Assembly: GCA_035506295.1 (NCBI GenBank)
Contig: DATJPR010000146.1
Span: 10,233 to 74,232 of the forward strand
Length of the DNA stretch: 64,000 bases
Direction: 5' to 3'
Origin: Bacteroidota bacterium
GTDB lineage: Bacteria > Bacteroidota > Ignavibacteria > UBA10030 > UBA6906
Positions 56,427-64,000 of the stretch are shown here, piece after piece; position 1 is the stretch's first letter, and every line of letters starts with the position of its first letter. The notes below the pieces were generated by a model that was given only the letters and a program-made list of their open reading frames with translations, ran no database searches and was not told where the DNA came from. Made by a program: the position numbers and the translations under genes.

Positions 56427-57676
56427 TTGGCGTCGGTGAACACTTCCTTGGAGTGGACGGCGGCACCGTTGATCTTCACCGCCTCCTGCACCTGATGGAA
56501 TGTCTTCGTCGGGAGCGCAAAGATCTTGATGAATCCTTCGGACGCCTTGTGATCGAACGTGTCCTCTTCGGTGTAGGTCGCCAGGTGAGCATTGTACAAC
56601 GAATACGCCGAGGTCCTCCCCGCAATGATGGTCCTGCCCTTGAAGAGCTTCACCCGCACCAGTCCGGTCACGGTCTTCTGTGTCTCCTGGACGAACGCAT
56701 CCAGCGAGTTCCGCAGCGGCGAATACCAGAGACCGTTGTAGACGAGATTCGCGTATTCATTCGCGAGCTGGCTCTTCAAGTTCATGACCGGCTTGTCAAG
56801 CGTGAGCCGTTCGAGTTCCGCATGCGCGAAGTGCAGCACGGTCGCGGCAGGCGCCTCATACACTTCCCGCGATTTAATGCCGACGAGCCGGTTCTCGACG
56901 AGATCGATCCGCCCGACACCGTGGGCGCCGGCGATCCGGTTCAAGTTCGACACCAGCTCGACCGCCGGGAGCTTCTCTCCATTGAGCACCACGGGGATCC
57001 CGTTCAGGAATTCGATGTCCACATACGCCGGGGTGTCGGGAGCAAGCGCAGGATCGGTGGTGCGCTGGTACGCGTCGGCGGGTGGTTCCGCCATCGGGTC
57101 CTCGAGGATCCCGCATTCGATGCTCGTCCCCCAGATATTGTCGTCGATGGAGTACGGACTCTTCACGGTCGCGGACACGGGAATGCCGTGGGATTTTGCA
57201 TACGCCATTTCCTCCTCCCTCGAACGGAATTCCCACTCCCGCAGCGGCGCAATGGCCTTCAGGTCCGGGGCGAGCGCGGCGATCGCGACTTCAAACCTTA
57301 CCTGATCGTTCCCTTTTCCCGTGCATCCATGAGCGATGATGGATGCGCCTTCCTGTCTCGCGACTTCCACCATGTATTTTGCCAGCAGGGGGCGGCCGAT
57401 GGAGGTTGCCATCGGATACATCCCTTCGTACAGGGCGCCTGCCTTGAGCGTCGGGAAGACATACTCCTCCAGGAATTCGTTCTTGAGGTCCTTGATGTAT
57501 GCCTTCTTCGCCCCGGTGGCATAGGCCTTTGCTTGAAGCCCGTCGAGCTCCTTCGACTGCCCGAGATCGCCGGTCGCGGTGATGACCTCCGCGTCATATT
57601 TCTCGCTCATCCATTTCACCATGACGGACGTATCGAGTCCGCCCGAGTACGCAACAACCACTTTTTGCTTGCTCAT
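56423..57676 (-). CDS. argG: Argininosuccinate synthase
   Basis: [12 protein letters not shown] and [15 protein letters not shown] motifs. Confidence 0.95.
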   Translation of the reverse strand: MSKQKVVVAYSGGLDTSVMVKWMSEKYDAEVITATGDLGQSKELDGLQAKAYATGAKKAYIKDLKNEFLEEYVFPTLKAGALYEGMYPMATSIGRPLLAKYMVEVARQEGASIIAHGCTGKGNDQVRFEVAIAALAPDLKAIAPLREWEFRSREEEMAYAKSHGIPVSATVKSPYSIDDNIWGTSIECGILEDPMAEPPADAYQRTTDPALAPDTPAYVDIEFLNGIPVVLNGEKLPAVELVSNLNRIAGAHGVGRIDLVENRLVGIKSREVYEAPAATVLHFAHAELERLTLDKPVMNLKSQLANEYANLVYNGLWYSPLRNSLDAFVQETQKTVTGLVRVKLFKGRTIIAGRTSAYSLYNAHLATYTEEDTFDHKASEGFIKIFALPTKTFHQVQEAVKINGAAVHSKEVFTDAK

Positions 57677-58158
57677 ACTTCCATGCCCTTGATAAGAAGA
57701 GATTTGAGAATGTTCACCACATCGTTGGTCTTCCGCGTCGAACGCGGGATCACAAGGAGCGTATTGTCGCCGGCGACCGTCCCGATGATGTCGCGGACCT
57801 TGTGGCGGTCGACGTATTCACCGACGATATTCGCACTGCCCGGCAGGGTGTGAATGACGACGAGGCTTTCATTGGACACGATGGAAAGGACCTGCATCAT
57901 CGGCGTGGGTGATGGCAGGAGCGCCTCTTCGCCCGGTAATTCGTATTTCCCTCCGTCGGCGCGGCTCGCCCACAGCACGCCGAGCTCCTTCATGTCCCGT
58001 GAGAGTGTCGCCTGGGTAACATTGATACCACGTTCCCGCAGCCGCCTGCGGAGTTCTCCCTGACTGGTGATCGGCTTGGCGGCGATGATCTCGCGGATCG
58101 CGTAGAGCCTTTCTGTCTTGGATATCATGGTCGTCATTGCCAGCCCCGCTCTGTTCAT
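57673..58158 (-). CDS. argR: Arginine repressor
   Basis: Winged-helix region ([28 protein letters not shown]) and C-terminal oligomerisation region ([12 protein letters not shown]). The ATG at 58158 overlaps the argB stop as ATGA. Confidence 0.85.
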   Translation of the reverse strand: MNRAGLAMTTMISKTERLYAIREIIAAKPITSQGELRRRLRERGINVTQATLSRDMKELGVLWASRADGGKYELPGEEALLPSPTPMMQVLSIVSNESLVVIHTLPGSANIVGEYVDRHKVRDIIGTVAGDNTLLVIPRSTRKTNDVVNILKSLLIKGMEV

Positions 58159-59021
58159 TCCGGTGAGGATTTCGCGTGGACCAGTTCCGTGCCGACTCCG
58201 GTGTCCGTGAAGATCTCGAGGAGCAGGGAATGCTTGATCCTCCCGTCGACCATGTGCACTTTGTTGACGCCGGCGTGCAGCGCATCGAACGCCGAACGCA
58301 CCTTCGGGATCATGCCGCGGCTGATGACTCTTTCCTGGATCAGCCGCTCCCCTTCCTCCTGGATCATGCTATGGACAAGTTCGCCGTTGGCGAGAACTCC
58401 TTCGACATCGCTCAGGTAGACCAGTTTCTCCGCCTGCAACGCGGAGGCGATCGCCGCTGCTGCGATATCGGCATTGACATTATATGCGTGTCCGCCGCCG
58501 TTGAATCCGATCGGCGCGATGACGGGAAGGCAATTGTTCGTCAGCAGGAGGTTGAGGAATCCGGCGTTGACCTCGGTGATCTCCCCTACGAATCCCAGGT
58601 CGTGCCCGTCCGACTGCAGTTTCCGGACCCGGAGGAGGAAGCCGTCGATGCCGCAGACGCCGACGGCATTGCCTTCGTGCTGGTTGATCCTCGCAACGAT
58701 ATCCTTGTTGGTCTTTCCCGCGAGGACCATTTGCACGATTTCCATCATCCCTTCGTCGGTGTAGCGCTGGCCGTCGACGAACCGGGATTCGAGGCCGAGC
58801 CGCGAGGCGATGTCGGTGATTTCCTTTCCGCCGCCATGAACGATGGCGACACGGATGCCGATCTTCTTAAGCAAGGTAACATCCTGTGCGAAGGTCTCTC
58901 GAAGGTCCTCGTCGACCATCGCCGCTCCGCCGTACTTGATGACGAACGTCTTCCCTTCATACCGGGTGATGTACGGGAGTGATTCGATCAGCACTTCCGT
59001 CTTTGCACTGATGGAGATCAT
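58155..59021 (-). CDS. argB: Acetylglutamate kinase
   Basis: FVIKYGGAAM, VHGGG and NVNAD motifs. Confidence 0.95.
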   Translation of the reverse strand: MISISAKTEVLIESLPYITRYEGKTFVIKYGGAAMVDEDLRETFAQDVTLLKKIGIRVAIVHGGGKEITDIASRLGLESRFVDGQRYTDEGMMEIVQMVLAGKTNKDIVARINQHEGNAVGVCGIDGFLLRVRKLQSDGHDLGFVGEITEVNAGFLNLLLTNNCLPVIAPIGFNGGGHAYNVNADIAAAAIASALQAEKLVYLSDVEGVLANGELVHSMIQEEGERLIQERVISRGMIPKVRSAFDALHAGVNKVHMVDGRIKHSLLLEIFTDTGVGTELVHAKSSPE

Positions 59022-59027
59022 CGTCGT

Positions 59028-60236
59028 TTACGTCCTATAGTTCGCATTGATGGCGACGTATTCCTTCGAAAGATCGCACGTCCAGAATACCGCCTCAGCC
59101 GCCCCCTGATGGAGGTCCACCGTGATCACGATTTCTTTTTCCTGAAGCACTTTCTTCGCGCACTCCTCGGAGAAGTCGATGCCATAGTGCTGTTGCAGCA
59201 CGGGGACATCGCCGAAGTTGATCGAGACCTCGTCTGGGTTGAAGGTGATGCCCGAATAGCCGACGGCGGCAAGGATCCTCCCCCAGTTGGCGTCTTCGCC
59301 GTTGATGGCGGTTTTCACGAGGTTCGAATTCGCGACCGACCGCGCGGCGCGTTCCGCCTCCTCTTCCGTGGGTGCCCCCTTGACCTTGATCTCGATGAAT
59401 TTTGTCGCGCCTTCCCCATCAAGAACAATCATCTTGCTGAGCTTCACCAGGAGAGCTTCGAGCGCATCGCTGAACTCCCTGCACCCGGGGTCCTCCACAG
59501 AGCCGAGCTCACGATTGCCCGCCGCACCGTTCGCAAGAATGAGGACCATGTCGTTGGTGCTGGTGTCGCCGTCAACGGTGATGCGGTTGAACGATTTCCG
59601 CGTCGCGTCCACAAGCACGGCGTGCAACAACGCCGGCGAGATTGCCAGGTCCGTGGTGACGAAGGCAAGCATGGTCGCCATGTTGGGGGCAATCATGCCT
59701 GAACCTTTTGCGATGCCACCGAGGGTTACCTTCTTCCCGTCAACGACACACGTGAAAGCGACCTCTTTCAGAAACGTGTCGGTGGTCATGATCCCTTCGG
59801 CCGCATCATTGCTCCCCGTGCACGACAGCCCGGAAAAGGCCGCATCGATCCCCGCAAGAATCTTGTCGATCGGCAAATGCTGACCGATAACGCCCGTGGA
59901 CGACACGAGCACGTCGGTGGAGTGGACGTTGAGAAGACGGGCGGTTTTCTGTGCCATGGCGCGGGCATCACGGAACCCCTGCTCGCCGGTGCAGGCGTTG
60001 GCATTGCCGCTGTTGACAACAACTGCGCGGGCGAAGGGGCGAACCGCAAGGTGCTCTTTGTCGAGAACGACGGGCGCCGCCGCCACAAGGTTTTGCGTGA
60101 AGACACCTGCCGCCGTCGCCATGGTGTCGGAAACGATGAGCGCGAGGTCCTTCTTCGCTTTCTTGATTCCGCAGTGGACGCCTGCCGCCTGAAATCCTTT
60201 GGGCGCGGTGACCCCTCCGTCTGTCGCGTTGTGCAT
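59028..60236 (-). CDS. argJ: Bifunctional glutamate N-acetyltransferase / amino-acid acetyltransferase
   Basis: GF.AAGVHCGIKK, and the autocleavage-site context ATMLAFVTTD. Confidence 0.95.
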   Translation of the reverse strand: MHNATDGGVTAPKGFQAAGVHCGIKKAKKDLALIVSDTMATAAGVFTQNLVAAAPVVLDKEHLAVRPFARAVVVNSGNANACTGEQGFRDARAMAQKTARLLNVHSTDVLVSSTGVIGQHLPIDKILAGIDAAFSGLSCTGSNDAAEGIMTTDTFLKEVAFTCVVDGKKVTLGGIAKGSGMIAPNMATMLAFVTTDLAISPALLHAVLVDATRKSFNRITVDGDTSTNDMVLILANGAAGNRELGSVEDPGCREFSDALEALLVKLSKMIVLDGEGATKFIEIKVKGAPTEEEAERAARSVANSNLVKTAINGEDANWGRILAAVGYSGITFNPDEVSINFGDVPVLQQHYGIDFSEECAKKVLQEKEIVITVDLHQGAAEAVFWTCDLSKEYVAINANYRT

Positions 60237-60245
60237 GAGATGTCC

Positions 60246-61262
60246 CTATGCTTGAAGACCGAGCTCTTCGGGAAGCCCGAACATGATATTCATATTTTGC
60301 ACCGCCTGACCCGCGGCGCCCTTGACGAGATTGTCGATCACCGACATCAGGATGAGATGATGCGTCCGCTCCTGCACCGCGATGCCGATGTCGCAATAAT
60401 TCGTCCTGGTGACGGAGGCGATCTGTGGCACGTCGTGCCGCACACGCACGAAGGGGGCCTTCTGATAGAAGGCGCAATAGCGGCCGAGCACTTCTTCCCG
60501 GGATACCGGCTTCTTCAGCGTCGCGTGGATCGTGGTGTAGATTCCCCTGGTCATCGGAAGAAGGTGCGGAACAAACGAGACGCAGACGTCCGTCCCTGCG
60601 GCTTCCGAGAGAACCGATTCGATCTCCGGCGTGTGTTGATGGGAGACGACTTTGTAGGCCTTCACGTTTTCGTTCAGTTCGCTGAAGCTGTAGTCCGCGG
60701 TCGCCTTCCGCCCCGCGCCGGATGTCCCCGAACCCGACGTGATGACGATTCCTTGTTCCTCGACAAGGCCGTCCGTCAATGCGGGCAACAGGGCGAGAAT
60801 CGCGGACGTGGCATAGCAACCGGGGTTGGAGACCAGGCGAGCGCCGGCAATCGCGTTCCGATGGATCTCCGGGAGCCCGTACACCGCCTGCGGCAGGAAC
60901 CCGGGCGCGGTATGCTGCAGCTTGTAGTACTGCTGATAGGCCTCCGTGGATTGAAGCCGGAAGTCGCCGCCGAGGTCGATGACCCGGGCCTTCCCGCCGA
61001 GCAACGCGGGGACCACCTTCATCCCTTCGCCGGAGGGCAGCGCGACAAAGACGACATCCAGACCGGTGAAACGCGACGGCGTGAACTCTTCGAGGACGAT
61101 GCCGGTGCGTCCTGCAAATTCGGGAGCGATCGCATCTAACCGCTTGCCCGCCGACGACGATGCCGAGGCCGCATCGAGCGAGACGTCGTTGCGTCTCAAC
61201 AGCAACCGCGTCGTCTCCACCCCGCTGTACCCTGAAGCTCCCACAATGCCTGCGTGTATCAC
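60246..61262 (-). CDS. argC: N-acetyl-gamma-glutamyl-phosphate reductase
   Basis: GASGYSG Rossmann motif and the active-site context NPGCYATS. The start is placed at the GTG at 61262 (VIHAGIVGASGYSG). The track ORF extends to a TTG at 61346, which lies upstream of the predicted promoter. Confidence 0.9.
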   Translation of the reverse strand: MIHAGIVGASGYSGVETTRLLLRRNDVSLDAASASSSAGKRLDAIAPEFAGRTGIVLEEFTPSRFTGLDVVFVALPSGEGMKVVPALLGGKARVIDLGGDFRLQSTEAYQQYYKLQHTAPGFLPQAVYGLPEIHRNAIAGARLVSNPGCYATSAILALLPALTDGLVEEQGIVITSGSGTSGAGRKATADYSFSELNENVKAYKVVSHQHTPEIESVLSEAAGTDVCVSFVPHLLPMTRGIYTTIHATLKKPVSREEVLGRYCAFYQKAPFVRVRHDVPQIASVTRTNYCDIGIAVQERTHHLILMSVIDNLVKGAAGQAVQNMNIMFGLPEELGLQA

Positions 61263-61330
61263 CGTGCCGTTCCCGTGTTGTCCTGTGTTCTCCCCTGCAC
61301 CAACCCGTTCCGGGCCCGCAGGGGTTCGAC

Positions 61331-61359
61331 TTGCATAAATATACAAAAAGATGTATAAT
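61331..61359 (+). promoter_or_regulatory. Sigma-70-type promoter for argD
   Basis: TTGCAT (61331-61336), a 17-nt spacer, then TATAAT (61354-61359). It lies about 64 nt upstream of the argD ATG and overlaps the ARG boxes. Confidence 0.5.
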
Positions 61360-61365
61360 TATGCA
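61332..61365. promoter_or_regulatory. Putative ArgR operator: two ARG-box-like 14-mers forming a near-perfect palindrome
   Basis: TGCATAAATATACA (61332-61345) and TGTATAATTATGCA (61352-61365) are inverted copies with one mismatch. Their centres are about 20 bp apart. They lie between divergent argC and argD, and argR is encoded in the same cluster. They resemble the AT-rich TGNAT-N4-ATNCA ARG-box pattern. Confidence 0.6.
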
Positions 61366-61366
61366 A
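61338..61366 (-). promoter_or_regulatory. Sigma-70-type promoter for the argCJBRGH operon
   Basis: On the minus strand: TTGCAT (61366-61361), a 17-nt spacer, then TATATT (61343-61338). It is interdigitated with the argD promoter and covered by the ARG boxes. Confidence 0.5.
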
Positions 61367-61422
61367 CCACGGAAGACACAATTTTTCACTGCGCATCGCT
61401 GCGCGCAAACTGCGAGGAATCC

Positions 61423-62598
61423 ATGACGCTCCATGACCGGGAAGAACAAGCGTTGTTCCACACGTACAAGCGTCTTCCGCTCGAAGTCGTCCGGGGCGAA
61501 GGAGCGTACCTGTTCACTGCGGACGGGAAGCGGTACCTGGACATGTTTTCCGGGCTGGCGGTCAATGCGCTCGGCTATGCGCATCCTGCGGTGGTCCGTG
61601 CAATCGCCGAACAGGCGGGGCGTTACACGCACCTCTCGAACTACTTTCTACAGGAGCCTCAGATCCGCCTCGCGGAAATCCTGACGCGATCGTCGGGATA
61701 CGACCGCGTGTTCCTCTCCAATAGCGGCACCGAGGCGATCGAGGGGATGATCAAGCTCGCGCGAAAATGGGGGAGCGCGCATGGCAAGCTGGATATTGTC
61801 GCCATGTCGAATTCCTTCCACGGCCGCACATTCGGCGCGCTCTCGTTGATGGACCGGCCGAAGTACCGGGAAGGGTTCGGGCCGTTCCTGGAAAACTGCA
61901 GGATCACCACCTTCAACGACCCTTCCGCTCTGTACGAGACCGTCGACAGCACCACAGCCGCTGTGGTGCTGGAATTTGTCCAGGGTGAAGGAGGAGTCCG
62001 GCCTGTGTCCGTCGAGTATGTGAAAACCATCGAGGAGCTCCGGCGAAAGTTCGGATTCCTCCTCGTCGCTGATGAAGTCCAGGCGGGCATCGGACGGACG
62101 GGCAAATTCTTCGCCTTTCAGCACTATGGCGTTCAACCCGACATCGTCGTGGTCGCCAAGCCCATCGGCGGCGGATTACCGCTCGGCGGGATCCTCGCGA
62201 AGGAACAACTCGCCAACCTGCTTGAGCCGGGAACACACGGAACGACGTTCGGTGGAAATCCCGTTGCCTGCGCCGCCGGGATTGCGGTGCTCACCGAAAT
62301 TGCCGACCGCAATCTCATGGCCCATGCAACGGACATGGGCGGCCAGCTTCTCAACGGCCTCAGGCGCCTTGCGGACAAATTCCCGACGATCGTCCGTGAA
62401 GTCCGCGGCCTCGGCCTGATGATCGGTGCAGAACTCGACCGCGATGCAGAACCTGCAGTGAGCGCCATGCGCGATCGTGGCGTCCTCATCAACGGAACGG
62501 ATCGGACGGTCCTGCGTTTCCTTCCGCCCTTGATCGTCACGCCCGATCAGGTGGAGCAGACAATCTCGTCGCTCGGCGAAGTCCTCTCGGTCATGTGA
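61423..62598 (+). CDS. argD: Acetylornithine aminotransferase
   Basis: Track ORF trimmed to ATG 61423 (MTLHDREEQALFHTYKRLPL). SNSGTEA, DEVQAGIGRTG and the PLP-Lys context VVAKPIGGG. Confidence 0.9.
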   Translation: MTLHDREEQALFHTYKRLPLEVVRGEGAYLFTADGKRYLDMFSGLAVNALGYAHPAVVRAIAEQAGRYTHLSNYFLQEPQIRLAEILTRSSGYDRVFLSNSGTEAIEGMIKLARKWGSAHGKLDIVAMSNSFHGRTFGALSLMDRPKYREGFGPFLENCRITTFNDPSALYETVDSTTAAVVLEFVQGEGGVRPVSVEYVKTIEELRRKFGFLLVADEVQAGIGRTGKFFAFQHYGVQPDIVVVAKPIGGGLPLGGILAKEQLANLLEPGTHGTTFGGNPVACAAGIAVLTEIADRNLMAHATDMGGQLLNGLRRLADKFPTIVREVRGLGLMIGAELDRDAEPAVSAMRDRGVLINGTDRTVLRFLPPLIVTPDQVEQTISSLGEVLSVM

Positions 62599-62623
62599 GC
62601 TCTTCGCCCACATCAGGTTGCCT

Positions 62624-62639
62624 ATTGACTCTAGTCAAT
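62624..62639. promoter_or_regulatory. Perfect 16-bp palindrome ATTGACTCTAGTCAAT (candidate protein-binding site)
   Basis: Seven-bp arms separated by only 2 nt. It lies 26 nt after the argD stop and about 125 nt upstream of the sigma-54 element. Confidence 0.3.
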
Positions 62640-62681
62640 CGGCTATTGTCCATCGATTCTTTATTCTGATAACGCTCTTTC

Positions 62682-62714
62682 TGCCAATGCAAACACTTCC
62701 GTGACGCAATGGCA
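62682..62714. promoter_or_regulatory. Inverted repeat, candidate enhancer-binding-protein site upstream of the sigma-54 promoter
   Basis: TGCCAATGC (62682-62690) and GCAATGGCA (62706-62714) form an inverted repeat with one mismatch. It lies about 50-80 nt upstream of the -24 element. Confidence 0.3.
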
Positions 62715-62762
62715 GACGGTGCCGAAAATCAGCGCCTTTGGTAACATTTGGCAAGACTTCGA

Positions 62763-62778
62763 TGGCACGTGGTTTGCA
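62763..62778 (+). promoter_or_regulatory. Sigma-54 (-24/-12) promoter upstream of the NfnAB/GltD-like genes
   Basis: TGGCAC-GTGGT-TTGCA exactly matches the TGGCAC-N5-TTGCW consensus. It ends 52 nt upstream of the ATG at 62830. Confidence 0.55.
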
Positions 62779-62829
62779 CCCTTGCTGCCAACTTGCTCAA
62801 CATCTGACACGGGAGTCCGAAGGAAATTC

Positions 62830-63681
62830 ATGTACCCCATTCTCGACACGGCGGACCTCGCTCCAACCATCAAGAAGTTCGTCATTCACGCACCGTTCAT
62901 CGCCCGCAAACGCAAGGCGGGGAATTTTGTCATGGTCCGTGTGGAAAAACACGGAGAGCGCATTCCGCTCACGCTCGCGGCAAGCGATCCGGAGCGCGGC
63001 ACCATCACGCTTATCGTTCAGGCGATTGGGAAGACGACGAAGCTGCTCGGCACGAAGGTCGCCGGCGATTCCCTGCTTGATGTCGTCGGACCGCTGGGCA
63101 CGCCGACTCCGATCGAAAACCACGGACTGACGGTCTGCATCGGCGGCGGCGTGGGCACCGCAGAGCTTTATCCGATCGCGCGCGCATTGAAGGACGCGGG
63201 GAACACCGTCGTGAGCATCGTGGGCGCCCGTTCCAAGGATCTTGTCATTCTCGAAGCAGAAATGCGCGAGTGCTCACACACGCTCTTTGTCACCACTGAT
63301 GACGGGACATACGGGAGGAAGGGATTCGTCACCGACCAGTTGCAGGACATCCTCAACGGTCCGGAGAAGGTGAACGCCGTCTATGCGATCGGCCCGCTCC
63401 CGATGATGAAAGCTGTGTGCGCGGTGACCCGACCGAGCGGCACACGGACATACGTCAGCTTGAACACCATCATGGTCGACGGCACAGGCATGTGCGGCGG
63501 ATGCCGCGTGACTGTCGGGGGCCAGATGAAGTTCGCCTGTGTGGACGGTCCGGAGTTCGACGGTCATCAGGTCGATTTTGACGAGCTGCTCATGCGCAAC
63601 AGGACGTACACCGATATGGAACGGATTGCCGACGAACGGTATCACCAATGTCGCCTTACGGGGGAGATGCAGAAATCATGA
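62830..63681 (+). CDS. Sulfide/dihydroorotate-dehydrogenase-like FAD/NAD-binding FeS protein (NfnA / glutamate-synthase accessory subunit-like)
   Basis: Track ORF trimmed to ATG 62830 (MYPILDTADLAPTIKKFVI). Ferredoxin-reductase-type fold and a C-terminal CGGCRV...FACVDGP 2Fe-2S motif. Confidence 0.8.
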   Translation: MYPILDTADLAPTIKKFVIHAPFIARKRKAGNFVMVRVEKHGERIPLTLAASDPERGTITLIVQAIGKTTKLLGTKVAGDSLLDVVGPLGTPTPIENHGLTVCIGGGVGTAELYPIARALKDAGNTVVSIVGARSKDLVILEAEMRECSHTLFVTTDDGTYGRKGFVTDQLQDILNGPEKVNAVYAIGPLPMMKAVCAVTRPSGTRTYVSLNTIMVDGTGMCGGCRVTVGGQMKFACVDGPEFDGHQVDFDELLMRNRTYTDMERIADERYHQCRLTGEMQKS

Positions 63682-64000
63682 CACGGCTCAATCCCCTCAA
63701 ACCGTCGGAACGGATGAAGATCAAGCGGCAGGAGGCGTCCGAACAGCCGCCGGACGTGCGGGCGACGAATTTTCTCGAGGTATCGTTCGGGTTCGATGAA
63801 GAGCGGTCCATCGTCGAGGCTTCACGGTGTCTCGAATGCAAGGAACCCCTGTGCATCGACGGCTGCCCGGTCGGCATCGACATCCGCAGTTTTATCCAGG
63901 CCCTGCTGGCGCGCGATTTCGACGGCGCCGTGAAGAAGATCCGCGAGGCCAACTACCTCCCCGCGATCTGCGGCCGGGTCTGCCCCCAGGAATCGCAATG
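63678..64000 (+). CDS. NADPH-dependent glutamate synthase small-chain-like / NfnB-like oxidoreductase (partial; continues beyond the right edge)
   Basis: The ATG at 63678 overlaps the upstream stop as ATGA. CLECKEPLCIDGCPVGIDIRSFI and AICGRVCPQE are the FeS motifs typical of the GltD/NfnB N-terminus. Confidence 0.8.
   Translation, partial: MTRLNPLKPSERMKIKRQEASEQPPDVRATNFLEVSFGFDEERSIVEASRCLECKEPLCIDGCPVGIDIRSFIQALLARDFDGAVKKIREANYLPAICGRVCPQESQ

Noticed and set aside
62624-62639. The palindrome ATTGACTCTAGTCAAT after argD, considered as the argD intrinsic terminator.
   Set aside because: The arms are AT-rich, only 7 bp long, and separated by a 2-nt loop that cannot form a stable RNA hairpin. 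No U-tract follows. A dimeric protein-binding site is more plausible, so it is listed as a regulatory candidate instead.
1-64000. Search for rRNA, tRNA, tmRNA, CRISPR arrays, IS elements, integrases, toxin-antitoxin pairs and known defence genes.
   Set aside because: By eye I found no tRNA-like T-arm/anticodon architecture in any intergenic region longer than 100 nt. There are no regularly spaced direct repeats beyond the 2.3-copy acpP repeat, and no transposase, recombinase or defence-type motifs in any ORF. A covariance-model scan (tRNAscan-SE, Infernal/Rfam) would be needed to exclude small structured RNAs in 7424-7632, 34951-35242 and 53559-53795.

Overview
GC-rich, densely packed chromosomal segment with about 63 protein-coding genes. 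I found no rRNA, tRNA, CRISPR array, transposase or integrase. Type IX secretion (T9SS) style C-terminal sorting domains, a bacterial PUR-like (DUF3276-type) protein and a DUF3109-type protein suggest an FCB-superphylum bacterium (Ignavibacteria/Chlorobi-like). This taxonomic call is inference only. Gene blocks from left to right:
- (1) A bidirectional NAD-linked NiFe hydrogenase cluster on the minus strand: hypA-hypB, hoxE-F-U-Y-H-W, and hypF running off the left edge.
- (2) glnD-murI, a degenerate orphan ABC-type ATPase, a lamin-tail-domain secreted protein and a stand-alone receiver protein.
- (3) A nucleotidyltransferase-metK-ahcY operon.
- (4) A tightly packed fni / polyprenyl synthase / ptsH / ptsI / PGI-PMI string.
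- (5) An envelope operon: a gluzincin-PD40-Omp85 fusion protein, a BamB-like lipoprotein and a PEGA protein.
- (6) A Crp/Fnr regulator, a PHP phosphoesterase, ribH and a propeller-type T9SS cargo protein.
- (7) A PUR-like protein and an orphan asparagine-synthetase-like protein.
- (8) yceD-rpmF-plsX-fabH-fabD-(DUF3109)-fabG-acpP-fabF-rnc.
- (9) A CoA-binding protein, a second Omp85 protein and rsmE.
- (10) Histidine/formimino-glutamate catabolism genes.
- (11) udk, an MgtC/DUF4010 protein and a gluzincin-like protein; then htpX.
- (12) argC-J-B-R-G-H with divergent argD.
- (13) The start of an NfnAB/GltD-like pair.

Several intergenic regions carry clear TTGNNN-N17-TATAAT-like promoters. There are also two sigma-54-type -24/-12 elements, a palindromic ARG-box operator and two good intrinsic terminators.

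I see no obvious defence, mobile or toxin system. The most unusual items are the protease-propeller-Omp85 operon, the catalytically degenerate orphan ABC ATPase, the Cys-less orphan asparagine-synthetase homolog, the Cys-rich protein embedded in the fab operon, and a purine-rich element present in two copies. All family assignments come from motif reading and memory, not from database searches.
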